Virus record (IMG/VR): IMGVR_UViG_3300046779_000810
Coordinates: 1 to 35,284 of that record
Reading direction: 5' to 3' (one strand)
Source: a virus
Lineage: Duplodnaviria > Caudoviricetes
Length of the DNA: 35,284 nt
The notes below the pieces were generated by a model, which did not search any database, was not told the DNA's origin, and was given only the letters and a program-made list of their open reading frames with translations. How positions within the stretch are numbered: the stretch's first letter is position 1; the number at the start of each line of letters is the position of its first letter. Positions 7,132 to 18,000 of this stretch are shown in pieces. The position numbers and the translations under genes are program-made.

Positions 7132-9042
7132 TTACGGTGCCAATGGTGTGTCGCTTTCCCAATCCCACCCTGATGATTTTAGTAAGAAAACTTTTACCAC
7201 TCTTGTTGTATTAATTGGTTGGCCTGGAATAATTGCTGTACTAAAGGATAGTCCTGTTAACCCTGTAGCATAGCTAGGCCCAGATACGTCAGTTACAAAA
7301 GATGCAGACGATGGATTTCTTAAAGGATTAATCTCAAAACTATTGCCCGAGTTAGATAATAAGTTACATAAAATTCTAGCACGAGTACCAATTTCAAAAT
7401 TTGCCGCAGGTGCTAAGTTATCTAGAATCTCACTAATAATATAGCTGTTTGGTTTACCGTCCGACAAGTCAATTGAGAAAACAAGATCTCTAGACTTAAC
7501 GTACTCGTCCACATAACTCTTAGTTGCAGCATCCTGTGCCTCAACCGGGTCAGCCAAGTACTTAATTTTAGCTGTACCGTTTAATACAATGTTTCTGTTA
7601 GGAAACAATTCTAAATCTTGATTAGTTAAGTTTGTACTAATCCTTGTATCTTCAATAGTAATCCAAGGATCGTCTGTTAGTAAACCAGGACCAACGTTAA
7701 TCTGTGTTTGCTTACCGAACGAGCTAACACCCGAGATGCTTGTTACTGCGGCTGTTAAACCAAACGTCTTTGTTGGAGTAGAAGTTAACTGTACTAAAAC
7801 TGGAACATTGTCAATAGCATAGTATCTGTTTCTTTCTAAGTTAATATTCTCAGTACTGTTCCAAGCATCGCCGTATAACTCAGGAATGCTATTGTCGTAA
7901 CCTGATGCGGTATTTGCTTGTGCAGATTCGCCTGCTGACTTAGCCCACACAAATGCGTGAGCAGTGTCTCCTTGAACAATAATACCACCTGTAGAAGCAT
8001 TGTCATCTGTTGGGGCTCCGCCTTCTGGAAGAGCTAGAATAATATTTTTATCTTCAACAGTAACGTTAGCTGTGTTGATTGTAGTTGTTGTTCCTTCTAC
8101 TGTTAAGTTTCCTGTAACAGTTAAAGATCCACCTATATTAACTTGACTTGCAGCAAAAGCAGGATCATTATAAATGTCAACTCTTCTTTCTGTTGAGTAA
8201 ACTTTAATGGCTTCTTCTTGGTCAATACCTTTTCTAACTCTAATAATAAAATCTTTGTCAGTTGCGGTATTTTGTAAAACCACGTTACCATTGTTAACAA
8301 TAAAATCGCCGTTACCTGCATCGCCGATAACAAGTCCTAAGTCTTTAGTAATTCTAACCTGGCCGTCAATAGTGTTTGACGTATCTCGACGAACATAAGT
8401 TGTAGCATCAGCGCCACCTAACTTTTCAGAGTTAGTAACCGTTACCTTAAATTTTAAGTTTGTTAATGTTCCTGCATTAAAACCAGGATCAATGTTTCCA
8501 GAGAAACCATCAATAGCGTTCTTTGGAGTAAAAGAATCTTTAGAAAAAATTCCTAACAAAATTCCGTTATTATATAAGAGTGTAATTACTCGAGTTTGAT
8601 TAAGTGTGTCTAAAATACTTTGTACTTTAAGACCGCTAACACCTTGGCTTGCAGAATACAACGGAGCTAGTAGAATTGGCTCTGTACCGTCATAAAAATA
8701 TAGTTGCTTGTCAACGTCGTTGTACCACAAGTCGCCAATGCCTAGTGTACTAGGTCTTGCATTAGCAATAGTAGCAGAACTAACTGGAACAAATTGTGTT
8801 CCGTTGTAAACTTTTAATTTTGATTCTGTAGAATCGTACCACACCTGTCCTCGAATAGGCCTTGTAGGAGCCGACACGGAAGAAAAATTTTCTAACATCT
8901 TAACAAGATTTTCGTTAAGAATTTCTCCAAATCCGCTGTAGTTCTTTCCTATTAAAGTAATGTCAGTAGAGTTTGCATCAACTTGGCCGTCTGCCACTGT
9001 TGAAACTATTGTACCGTCTGTTTTATTAATCTGATATGCCAT
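7132..9042 (-). CDS. Tail fibre/baseplate fibre protein (636 aa) with conserved N-terminal docking domain
   Basis: N-terminus IGKNYSGFGEILNENLVKMLENF...GQVWYD. Beta-rich GSLTVTGNLTVEGTTTTINT.NVTVEDKNI.L segment and a DAATKSYVD motif typical of trimeric phage fibres. Confidence 0.8.
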   Translation of the reverse strand: MAYQINKTDGTIVSTVADGQVDANSTDITLIGKNYSGFGEILNENLVKMLENFSSVSAPTRPIRGQVWYDSTESKLKVYNGTQFVPVSSATIANARPSTLGIGDLWYNDVDKQLYFYDGTEPILLAPLYSASQGVSGLKVQSILDTLNQTRVITLLYNNGILLGIFSKDSFTPKNAIDGFSGNIDPGFNAGTLTNLKFKVTVTNSEKLGGADATTYVRRDTSNTIDGQVRITKDLGLVIGDAGNGDFIVNNGNVVLQNTATDKDFIIRVRKGIDQEEAIKVYSTERRVDIYNDPAFAASQVNIGGSLTVTGNLTVEGTTTTINTANVTVEDKNIILALPEGGAPTDDNASTGGIIVQGDTAHAFVWAKSAGESAQANTASGYDNSIPELYGDAWNSTENINLERNRYYAIDNVPVLVQLTSTPTKTFGLTAAVTSISGVSSFGKQTQINVGPGLLTDDPWITIEDTRISTNLTNQDLELFPNRNIVLNGTAKIKYLADPVEAQDAATKSYVDEYVKSRDLVFSIDLSDGKPNSYIISEILDNLAPAANFEIGTRARILCNLLSNSGNSFEINPLRNPSSASFVTDVSGPSYATGLTGLSFSTAIIPGQPINTTRVVKVFLLKSSGWDWESDTPLAP

Positions 9043-9058
9043 GTTTTATCCTGATACT

Positions 9059-11395
9059 TTAGAATCTTGGTGGGCCCGATCTAATAATATAATTAATTGT
9101 TAGATATGGGTTCATAATACCAATTGGTGTAGACAGCGTAAAGTCCGAACTAGGTTTCTTAATTGGTCCTGAGTCTTCTAAATATTGTGCCTGACCTGGT
9201 GCTGTTGGTCCAAGTCCTGTTTTTCCTGGTGCATTAATAGCAGTGTCTACTCTAACAGCTGAGTACTGAATGTTATTCACGTTCATGCTGTGAGTATGGT
9301 CTGGAAGATTTCCTAGTGTTAATGTCACTGAGCTCTGTCCAGCACTTCTACCTAAGTTTTCTGCATTGGTATCGCTAACACGGCCTGCACTTCCGCCACC
9401 TGCATCAACAATTCCGCCGTTCGAGTTAGGAACAGTAGAGTTGTTATCCATATTGTCCCTACCTAAAGCAAATCTACCTCTTAAGTCCGGAAGTTTAAAT
9501 GTACCAAATCCAATTGTTGGTGTTCCATAGGTGTTACCAATTGTATCGTACAAGTCAAGATACTTAACTTGTTCAACCTCTGATCCATCACATAGCAAGT
9601 AACCGTATGGAACGTTGTTGCCTGCAAAAGGCATAATTGCTCCAATAGGAACTCCTAAGTCTGCAATAAATGTATCGCGACTTTGTTTGATAAGACCTGC
9701 TGTAGCGGATCCTTTTCTTCCTGGAATGTTTAAACTTGTTCCAGCAGTCAACGGTAATACTGCGCCGCCTGAGAATACAGAAACTCTAAATCTTGTTGTG
9801 CTAGGAACTGCTACAACATAATAAGTCGAACCTGCGGTAAATCCGTTTAAAGAAACGTTCGGAGTAAACAAATCTCCGATTAACATATTATGGTTGACGT
9901 CAGTAACGCAAGTATAGTCTGATTCAATAATAACAACTCTAAAGTCTGTAGTGACTGTAGGAATTGCTAGGCTAGGACGATAAACAAGAATTTGATCTTG
10001 TTCTTGGGATCTGTTTGGGAAAGGTTCACTCTTTCCAGAAATAATATTTGCTGTTAGCGATGTATTAAAGATCTTAGTATAACTACCAATCTGTCCATCA
10101 AACTGAATCGGCGGAGCAGAAACGTCACCAACAATTCTGAATGTGCTTACATTTTTTAAGTTAGTTGCTGTATTAGCATTACCACTAATGTCTCCAGATA
10201 ATACTCCGGAGATAGAATCAGCAATAATTGTTTTAGCTCTAACTGTATTCCATCTTCTAGCTGCTGTTCCTAAGTCATATGTTTCAGATACCTTAGGATA
10301 TAGGTTTCTTGTTTGTGTCTGACCAGAAATATCTACATCAGTACCTACAATAAGATTCTTGGTAATAGACGCACCGCCAGCAACTCTTAACGCACCGTTA
10401 AGTGAATTAGTGCTTTCTGCTGTGTTTGTAATGTAAAGCTGACCTGATGTTTTAATGTTACCAACAACATCTAATGCTTCTTCTGGAACTGCTTTATTAA
10501 TACCAACGTTATCGTCTAGGATACGTAAGATTGTATTAGGTATGCCGTCTCGATTAACTTGAAGGTCAATACTACTTCCAGAAGTTGAGTTATAAATTTT
10601 AGCTGCTGTAGAAGTAGTTGAAATATTAAAGTTACCGTCGGAGCCTAGTGTAAGACCGCCCGATCCTCTAATATTGAAATTGTTTTCGACTGTTCCTGTA
10701 ACGTCAGATCTTAAAAACTTTCCTGCTGCAATCGATGTTCCAGCAACAATCAAAGAGTCAGCACTTGTAGCTGTTCCGTGAAACTTACTAACAATACCAT
10801 CAACTGCTCTGTTGGTTAAATTAATACCAGTTCTAATAAGATCAAAACCTTCAATAATAATCTTAGGAGTAAAAGTATCTTTACTAATGATCTGTACAGG
10901 AATATCTGCGAGGTATATTACTAAAATTGATCGATCAACGTTGTCCGAGTCAGAAATAGTTTCAACAGCAGGACCATATCGTAGACCGTCAATGGTGCTT
11001 TCTGTAGGACCTACTAGGATCCATCTATTTCCTGTATAAATTCTTAATTGTTGGTTTGTAGTATCTACCCACAATTCACCAACGTTTGATGTTTCAGTTG
11101 ATGGTTCAACTGCACTCTTTTGAATATTACTTGCAGCTTTCCAAGAAACATTGTCAAATATTTTTAAAACTTTATCTGAGGTGTCGTACCAGAGTTGACC
11201 CTCTGTAGGGTTAACTGGTTGCTCAGTACTAGCAAAATTTTCTAATAGATGCAAAAAGTTTTCAGCAATAACTTGTCCATACCCAGCAACGTTTCTTCCT
11301 GGGAATGTTAAACTAGTGTCAGTACTTGAGGTATTGTCAAATACTGTTAAAGGACTTTTGTTATTTTTGTCTGTATAATTAACAATATATGGCAT
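9059..11395 (-). CDS. Short tail fibre-like protein (778 aa) with conserved N-terminal domain and C-terminal phage tail collar domain
   Basis: N-terminus PGRNVAGYGQVIAENFLHLLENFA...GQLWYD. C-terminus VPIGAIMPFAG..VPYGYLLCDGS...DLYDTIG.TYG...FKLPDLRGRF (tail collar), then NLPDHTH (HxH) and a terminal NPYLTINYIIR. Confidence 0.88.
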   Translation of the reverse strand: MPYIVNYTDKNNKSPLTVFDNTSSTDTSLTFPGRNVAGYGQVIAENFLHLLENFASTEQPVNPTEGQLWYDTSDKVLKIFDNVSWKAASNIQKSAVEPSTETSNVGELWVDTTNQQLRIYTGNRWILVGPTESTIDGLRYGPAVETISDSDNVDRSILVIYLADIPVQIISKDTFTPKIIIEGFDLIRTGINLTNRAVDGIVSKFHGTATSADSLIVAGTSIAAGKFLRSDVTGTVENNFNIRGSGGLTLGSDGNFNISTTSTAAKIYNSTSGSSIDLQVNRDGIPNTILRILDDNVGINKAVPEEALDVVGNIKTSGQLYITNTAESTNSLNGALRVAGGASITKNLIVGTDVDISGQTQTRNLYPKVSETYDLGTAARRWNTVRAKTIIADSISGVLSGDISGNANTATNLKNVSTFRIVGDVSAPPIQFDGQIGSYTKIFNTSLTANIISGKSEPFPNRSQEQDQILVYRPSLAIPTVTTDFRVVIIESDYTCVTDVNHNMLIGDLFTPNVSLNGFTAGSTYYVVAVPSTTRFRVSVFSGGAVLPLTAGTSLNIPGRKGSATAGLIKQSRDTFIADLGVPIGAIMPFAGNNVPYGYLLCDGSEVEQVKYLDLYDTIGNTYGTPTIGFGTFKLPDLRGRFALGRDNMDNNSTVPNSNGGIVDAGGGSAGRVSDTNAENLGRSAGQSSVTLTLGNLPDHTHSMNVNNIQYSAVRVDTAINAPGKTGLGPTAPGQAQYLEDSGPIKKPSSDFTLSTPIGIMNPYLTINYIIRSGPPRF

Positions 11396-11397
11396 GA

Positions 11398-12057
11398 TTA
11401 AACCTCAGTGAAACCAGTTAAGCTCTGTACACGGATTGTATAATCAATTTGTAACAATCTGTTTAATGACTTTTGTACAGGATGGAAGATAACATGGGTC
11501 AACAACTTTCCTTCTCCGTCTGGGTTATAACTCTTTAAGCCTAACTCGTCAAACACAAAAGTCCCGCTTAGATCTTTACTATTGTCGAACGCCTCTTGGC
11601 CTACTGGTTCACCAAAGTCAAGCAAACAAGTAATAAAAATATCGCTGTAAGTAGCTCCGCTGAGATGTCTTATTTCCATCTTATTTCTAGATGAGTCTAA
11701 GTTTTCTACAGAATTTTGATCTACAACTTTTCTATAAGTTTGGTTGTAAAGGCTTGAATTAATACCTACTGTGTTTGTAGTAAGGTATGTAATAAGTCCT
11801 GTTGGATCTACTGATGTTCCGCCGTTTCCGAACACCATCTCGTAGACTGTGCCTCGTCCTTGATTACTTAAACTTTGCACCATAGCAACTGACATATTTT
11901 CGTAGTGAATGGCGTTTCTTTTATCTTGGTGAACGATTCCAGTTTCGGGTTCCCAAATTTTAATGTGACCCTCAAAGTGGAATCCTCCAAGTTCGTTGAT
12001 TCCGCCTTCTGTGGTTTGATTTTCTTGTTTTTTAGGCATGTTTTCTTGTTCCATCAT
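11398..12057 (-). CDS. Conserved baseplate structural protein (219 aa; gp8-position, possible fibre-attachment fold)
   Basis: Lies between the giant wedge gene and the fibre genes. Motifs EGHIKI, M.FGNGG and FVFDELGL...LLTHVIFHPVQKS resemble baseplate/tail-collar-fibre N-terminal folds. The start could be 12057 or 12054. Confidence 0.6.
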   Translation of the reverse strand: MMEQENMPKKQENQTTEGGINELGGFHFEGHIKIWEPETGIVHQDKRNAIHYENMSVAMVQSLSNQGRGTVYEMVFGNGGTSVDPTGLITYLTTNTVGINSSLYNQTYRKVVDQNSVENLDSSRNKMEIRHLSGATYSDIFITCLLDFGEPVGQEAFDNSKDLSGTFVFDELGLKSYNPDGEGKLLTHVIFHPVQKSLNRLLQIDYTIRVQSLTGFTEV

Positions 12058-12058
12058 A

Positions 12059-12064
12059 TATTTA
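12059..12064 (-). promoter_or_regulatory. Putative late promoter core (AATAAATA) overlapping the stop codon of the giant gene
   Basis: Minus strand reads GAA-TAAATA-T-ATGATG. Confidence 0.5.
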
Positions 12065-15000
12065 TTCGGGCAATCTAGTAGACTTTTTAGCTATGAATTT
12101 AGGTATAGTTCCGCTATTTTCTAGGAATGTTTCGCCAGAAGATGCTGTATCTGTACCTTTATCGTACCAAATCTTTCCTACTCTACGGATAACAGTTATT
12201 CTTGTACCTGCTTCCGGTGCTTCTGTAAGTCTAATGTTAGCAGTAACTCCATCTACTGAAAACTCAGCAGGTATTTGAACATCAGCAGAAGGACTATTTG
12301 TTCCTAAATCTTCGTTATAAACGTAAATTGGATCTTTTCTTAATCTTCTTCCGCCAACAAATACTTCTACTTGGTAGCATGGGCCGTACTCGTCTGGAAT
12401 TACAGTATCGCCTGTTCCTCTATACCAGTTAGACTTAGTAGCTTTTGCTGGTACAAAATCAAGAGGGCCAATTAGTACACTGCTTCCGTCGCTAACAAAG
12501 TTAGTACGTTCCTGTGTTTCGTTATAAGGAATAGACTCGTCTGCTCCCCAATTTACTACTCTAGAATTTGCAGGGTGTACTTCTGGAATAGCTGTGCCAA
12601 ACACACCTCTTCTAAGATTAGATAGAGTTGTACCAGACTTTGCAAAGTAAGAAATACGCTCTCCGTTAATCAAAACAACACCTGGCATGTTCTTAGCAAC
12701 ATTTGGTTCAGATAAACCGTCTGTTGTTGTTAGAGAAATTTCAGTGTCATAGTAAGCCAAGTCTTTAGTTAACTTAACATTATCTGTTTGACTGTGGCGC
12801 TTAAACTGATAAACGTTTAGCATGTCCTTGTGAACTTCGTATGCTACTGACTCTTTAAAGACCTTAGATCCGAACTGAACAATCTTAATCTTGTCTGTTG
12901 GAAGTATATCGGAATTATAAGGATCTACTTCACCTCTTGTAATTAGGTATACTACTCCTCGAGGTGTAGATACTTTATAGTCAATACCGTTAGTTAGTTT
13001 AACTCCATTCTTATATACCCATACATAGCTAGCATCTAGCGGAACTGCTTTTAGTTTATAAACTATTTGTCCGCCGGTGTATTCGTCTTGAATAATATCT
13101 AAAGTTGGGTATTCGCTGAACCAAGTAACTGTTATAACATCGTCAATTCCTAATGTTACTGAGTTAGAAATAACAAGGTCGTTGTTTTCAAAACGGTAAC
13201 CTGCATTTAAATCTACTTCAACTTTAATTCTGTCTCCGATAGAAACAGCATCTTCGTTAATAATTAATTCTTTAGAAACACCGTTATAATCATAGTCTTG
13301 GATGAATATCTTTAATTCTTCGTTTACATAAACTTTAATGTTAGACGGAAGAATAGCACCAGCAGATTGTTCTGGATCTCTACCTAAAACAATAGTTCCG
13401 TTAGTTCCATCATAGACTACAATTTCAGTATCTGGTCCAGTAAGTGCTAATCCATTTACTTCAACTATTGCGCTAGATTCGGCAGATCCTCTAGATAGAG
13501 ATACAAAGTTATCTAACTCAAAGCTACGGGTACTTCCGTCGTAGGTAATAGTTTGTTGTTGAATTCTAATTACAGAATATCCCGACGAATCTGCATCAGT
13601 ATTTCCGCCCATGCAAACAATCTTAATAACTGATGATGTTACAGGGTTAGTTCCAAATCTTACTAATGTTCTGCCAACTTGATCTGTAAATTCTTCACTG
13701 GCAACAAATTCTGCATCGATTTCTTCACCGTTGAGTGTTACTAAAATTTTAGATGTAGATTCAAAACTTGCATCAGTTAAGAACAAGTTAGTTGTTCCGT
13801 CGGCTACAAATTCTTGATAATCTAGGATAGATAGGCCGCCAATGCCTAACGAAATAATCTCTATTACTGATCCTAATACAGGAGCTGTAGAGAACTCTAG
13901 TTGATTTGAAATATAATCAATTGTAAAGTCTGTACCTAACACTTTCTTAACTTTATCTACATAAACTAAAAGAGAGTGTGAACCAAAAATTCTTAAACCG
14001 ATGTCATAGATTTTATTAGAACCGTTGCCGTAAGCAATCTTAGACTGAATTGGTACTGCTCCGCTGTCTGGAGAATCAAACACTCGAATACTCATACTGT
14101 CAAGTACTTGACCTGGAATAACTTCTTCAGGTGCTTGTACTTGATCAGGACTAATAAATTGTCCGCCATCAACATTAATATCTTCTGCAGATACACCGTT
14201 CGCTGTAGAATATGCTCCGCCAACGTTGACTAAAGAGCCTCCGCTTAAAACAGTATCTAGAATTGTTGGATCTGTAATAGTTACAGAACCGTCGCTTTCG
14301 GCCGGTCTAAAGATTAAAGTGTCACCAGCATTAACTGTGATGTAAATTCCGATAGGAATAACTCTTGTGGATCCGTCACCTACAAACGTAGGCATTTGTG
14401 CATTTGGGTTTACTACTGATGTAGAATCCCAGTTAGCATCGTATGCAGGATCGTCAATTCTAACTGTTGGAGGCTCAGGAATCTCTCCTTCGTATTGAAG
14501 ATCGCGAATATCTCTATCCTGTCCTTGACCAGCTCGCTTCAAATAAATGTTAATTTCTTGTCCGTCTGCAGGTGTAAACGGTAATGTAACATCTGTTGTG
14601 CTGCCATCGGCAACTACATAGTAATCAGAATTAGCTTCTACAGAATCCCATGTGTCAGTAAACCACGGTAAAGCATCCCATCCGCCAGTAACTTCAAAAG
14701 TAGTTCCTTGAATTTTTACTCCACCGAAGTCAATACCAGTCATTAGCTGTCCAAGATCTTTGGACTTCATTCCGTAGTCTGGGTTGTAATATCTGTTAAT
14801 TCGATTGACGCTATCTAGTATGTCATCATTAATTTCATAAGAAACAACTATTGCCGAACTTTTTGCAGGAGCTTGATTAAAGACCAATCTACCTTTTAGT
14901 GTTTCAAAATTGTCAACACTTGCTTTGTATAGACTAATAGAATATTCACTTCTTAATACAAGCTCGCCGTTAAGTGTTAACGAAATCTTTGACTTGTCTC

Positions 15001-18000
15001 GAGTCGGCGGATACTTTAACTCAAACACGCTGCTTGACCCAGAAGCTGTAAATTCTTCATCTCTTACAAAAGAAGAATACGCTCCGTCTTTTGTAATTCT
15101 GTCAAACTTAATTTGAACATTAAATGTTCTTGCTTTTGTATCTCCAATAACTGCAATAGCTTTAGCGATATCCTGCGAACTACCATTACCACCAACTAAT
15201 GTTATAGTAGGAGCTTGTGTGTATCCAGTTCCTTTGTTTGTTACTAAAACAGAAACAACTCGTCCGTTTGAAATGTAAGCAGTAGCTTCGGCTCCTGACC
15301 CGTTTCCTGTAATCACTACCTTTGGAACATCGCTGTATCCAGAACCTGGATTTACCACATTGATTGCAACAACAGAGAAGCTGTTATTGTCTTTCCACCA
15401 CTTCCAAGGATAGATGTCTAATTCGCCGCCTAGCTCTGCATTAACTGGTAGAATCTTGTCTAATGCAGTTGAATATGTTGGCGGTAAATCAAAGTCAGTT
15501 ACAGCAGAACCGTATCTGTCAATACTGTCGTAAGAACTAGTATAGTTTCTAATAGTTGTTCTATAAGGTTTAACTTCGTTAATATACTCAGCATAAGAAT
15601 CTAAGTTGTCATTCTTATAATTAAGTTTTTGTTTTAAAGATCCAACGTTATGAGTAGCCCTTAGTAAACTAGTTTTAAATGCCCAGTCTACATACTGCTG
15701 TTCTGCAAATACATATCTAATACTATTAAAGAAAATCTTATTCCATTCAACTTTATAGTCACCTGTTAAGATATCTTCTTTAACTGATTGTAGAATAATT
15801 CTAAGTTCTTGAGTATTTTCAATATCGTATAAATCAGTATCGAAAGATTTAACGTTGTCAAATCCAACTCCAGAAACTGATGGATTATACAGAGTTTCTA
15901 AGAATTGAATAGTTCCGTTTTCTCTTCCTACTAGTTTCCACTTGTCAAAGAATAGGTCTCCGGTGTTAGATACTTTTTCTAACACTGCCCAACCTCCGTT
16001 GCCGTATTCTTTAACTTTAATCAAATCTCCCACATCGGTGCTAATTTCTGGCTCTTGATATACTGCAAGAATTTCGTGTACAATTCTTGAAGTTGTAGAG
16101 TAGCCAGACATCCACCAGTCTGTGTACTTCCAGAAGCGAGTAACATCGTATGCTTGTGTTTTAGTTCTAAAGAATACTTTTCTTAGGTCATCCCAAGAAT
16201 AGATACTCCACAATCCGTTTTGATTTTCATCAGCATTTACTAATACTGAGAATCTTCTAATAGACGCTGTTGCAGTGGTGTATTTTCTTCCTTTTGTAAC
16301 GACCGTAACACTGCCAAATCTTCCTTGGCTGTCAAACGATCCAGATGCTTCAGCACCTACGCCGTCGCCGTCGAAAGTAATAGGGCACGGTGACTTATTT
16401 TTATAACCGAATCCAGGTTCTACAACTTCAACACTTTCAATTAAGCCATCTACGATGTTTGCTTTTAATACAGCTTGTTTTACTCGAATGGTACCAACTG
16501 TATCTAAATCTAAGAAAGTGTCAACTGTAGCATCATACTGGTTCAATTCCTCAACTGGAGGATCTTCTTTAGAATTTAAAGATGTAAAGTCAATAATGTC
16601 AGCAAACGGTTGCTCTAACAACAAGTTGTTAATATATGTAATGGTGTTCTTTAAAGGGGTTAGTCTGTCAACAAACATACTCTGGCGAGGTCTGAAACCA
16701 AGACCGTATTTTTGTTTGTCTGGTAATGTTGAGTCAGGAACTCGATTACCTGATGCATCGAACCCAATTAAACTATCGATCCATTTTGTTTCTAAAGATT
16801 CAGCAGGAATATCGTCTGCTACATCTTCAGAAATAATTTGATACTCGTTGTGTACTTCATTTAATGTTCTATCTCCTTTAGAGAATTCAATGTTTAATAA
16901 AACAGTCGAATCTGTTAGTAAAGGTTTAATGTTGAATGCAAGTACAGTATCTTCATTAGCAAAACCTACAAAAGGAATTCCTGCGGCTGCTGGATCTGCA
17001 ATGAGGACTTCAACTTCTGCTCCAGAAATTTTTCTGGTTAAATTATTTGTAGGAATAGTAGACTTAGTTTTTACCCAATAGTAATATAAGGTACCTGTAG
17101 GTTCACCTGTTGTAATATTAAACAAGGTTTTAAAACTGTAGATGTCATCATTAGGGTATAGCGGCTGTCCACTAATACTTAAAGCAAGGCCTTCAGTTGT
17201 ATCTGCTAGTTCTGCCCACTCTGATGGTAGCAACGGTGTTTCGACCCATTCACATACTTGGATAGTTGATCCTTGTACTAACTTACTCCAGTTTGCTGCC
17301 TTGTAAGAAGTATCCCCTTGTTCATAGTGTAGCCATTTAGCTTTGCTAATGTCCCACCATAATTCGCCAACGTGGCGCTCTAACCAAGAAACATCTTCGT
17401 CAACAATTACAGCATCAGTTCCGTAGTTATAAATTGCCGGATCATATTCTGTTTTAAATTTAAGTTCTTGATCTGCAATTCCTAAGATTTTAAATTTAGC
17501 CGGATCGACAATATCTAAATCTGCAACTTTGTAATTAGACACATTGTTATACAATGCAACTCCTGTTGCTTTAGATATTTCTGAAGTTGGCTGCTGGAAC
17601 GCAATTGTTTCCCAAGAATTTAACAATGGGTCTTTCTTAAACAATCTAACGTTACCAATCTTTGGACCTTCGTAGACTGGGAAGTCTAACGTGCTAACTT
17701 CGCTAGGTGCAATATAATCAGGCGATCCAACGACAATAACTGATCCTACACAATCAATACTGTGCCCAAAAGATTCAAAAGGACTTAATGTTGCTTCTAA
17801 TTTTTCTGTTAAGAAATAAACACCGTCTTTCTTTTCAAACACATAAACTCCGCCAGCGTATCCTTTCTTGTCAAAGAAAGTAGTTGTTCCATTGTCAAAG
17901 GTTGTAACTGGGCTGTCAAATCCAACTGGTGTATCGTAAGGGAAGTTTTTAGCGCCAACAATAATTCTCTGCGAGTCAGGGCTAATACATACACTTTGAC

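Noticed and set aside
2811-11395. Diversity-generating retroelement or invertible shufflon acting on fibre tips
   Set aside because: I saw no reverse transcriptase, recombinase, inverted cassette or adenine-specific TR/VR repeat pair in the window. A remote TR elsewhere in the genome cannot be excluded.
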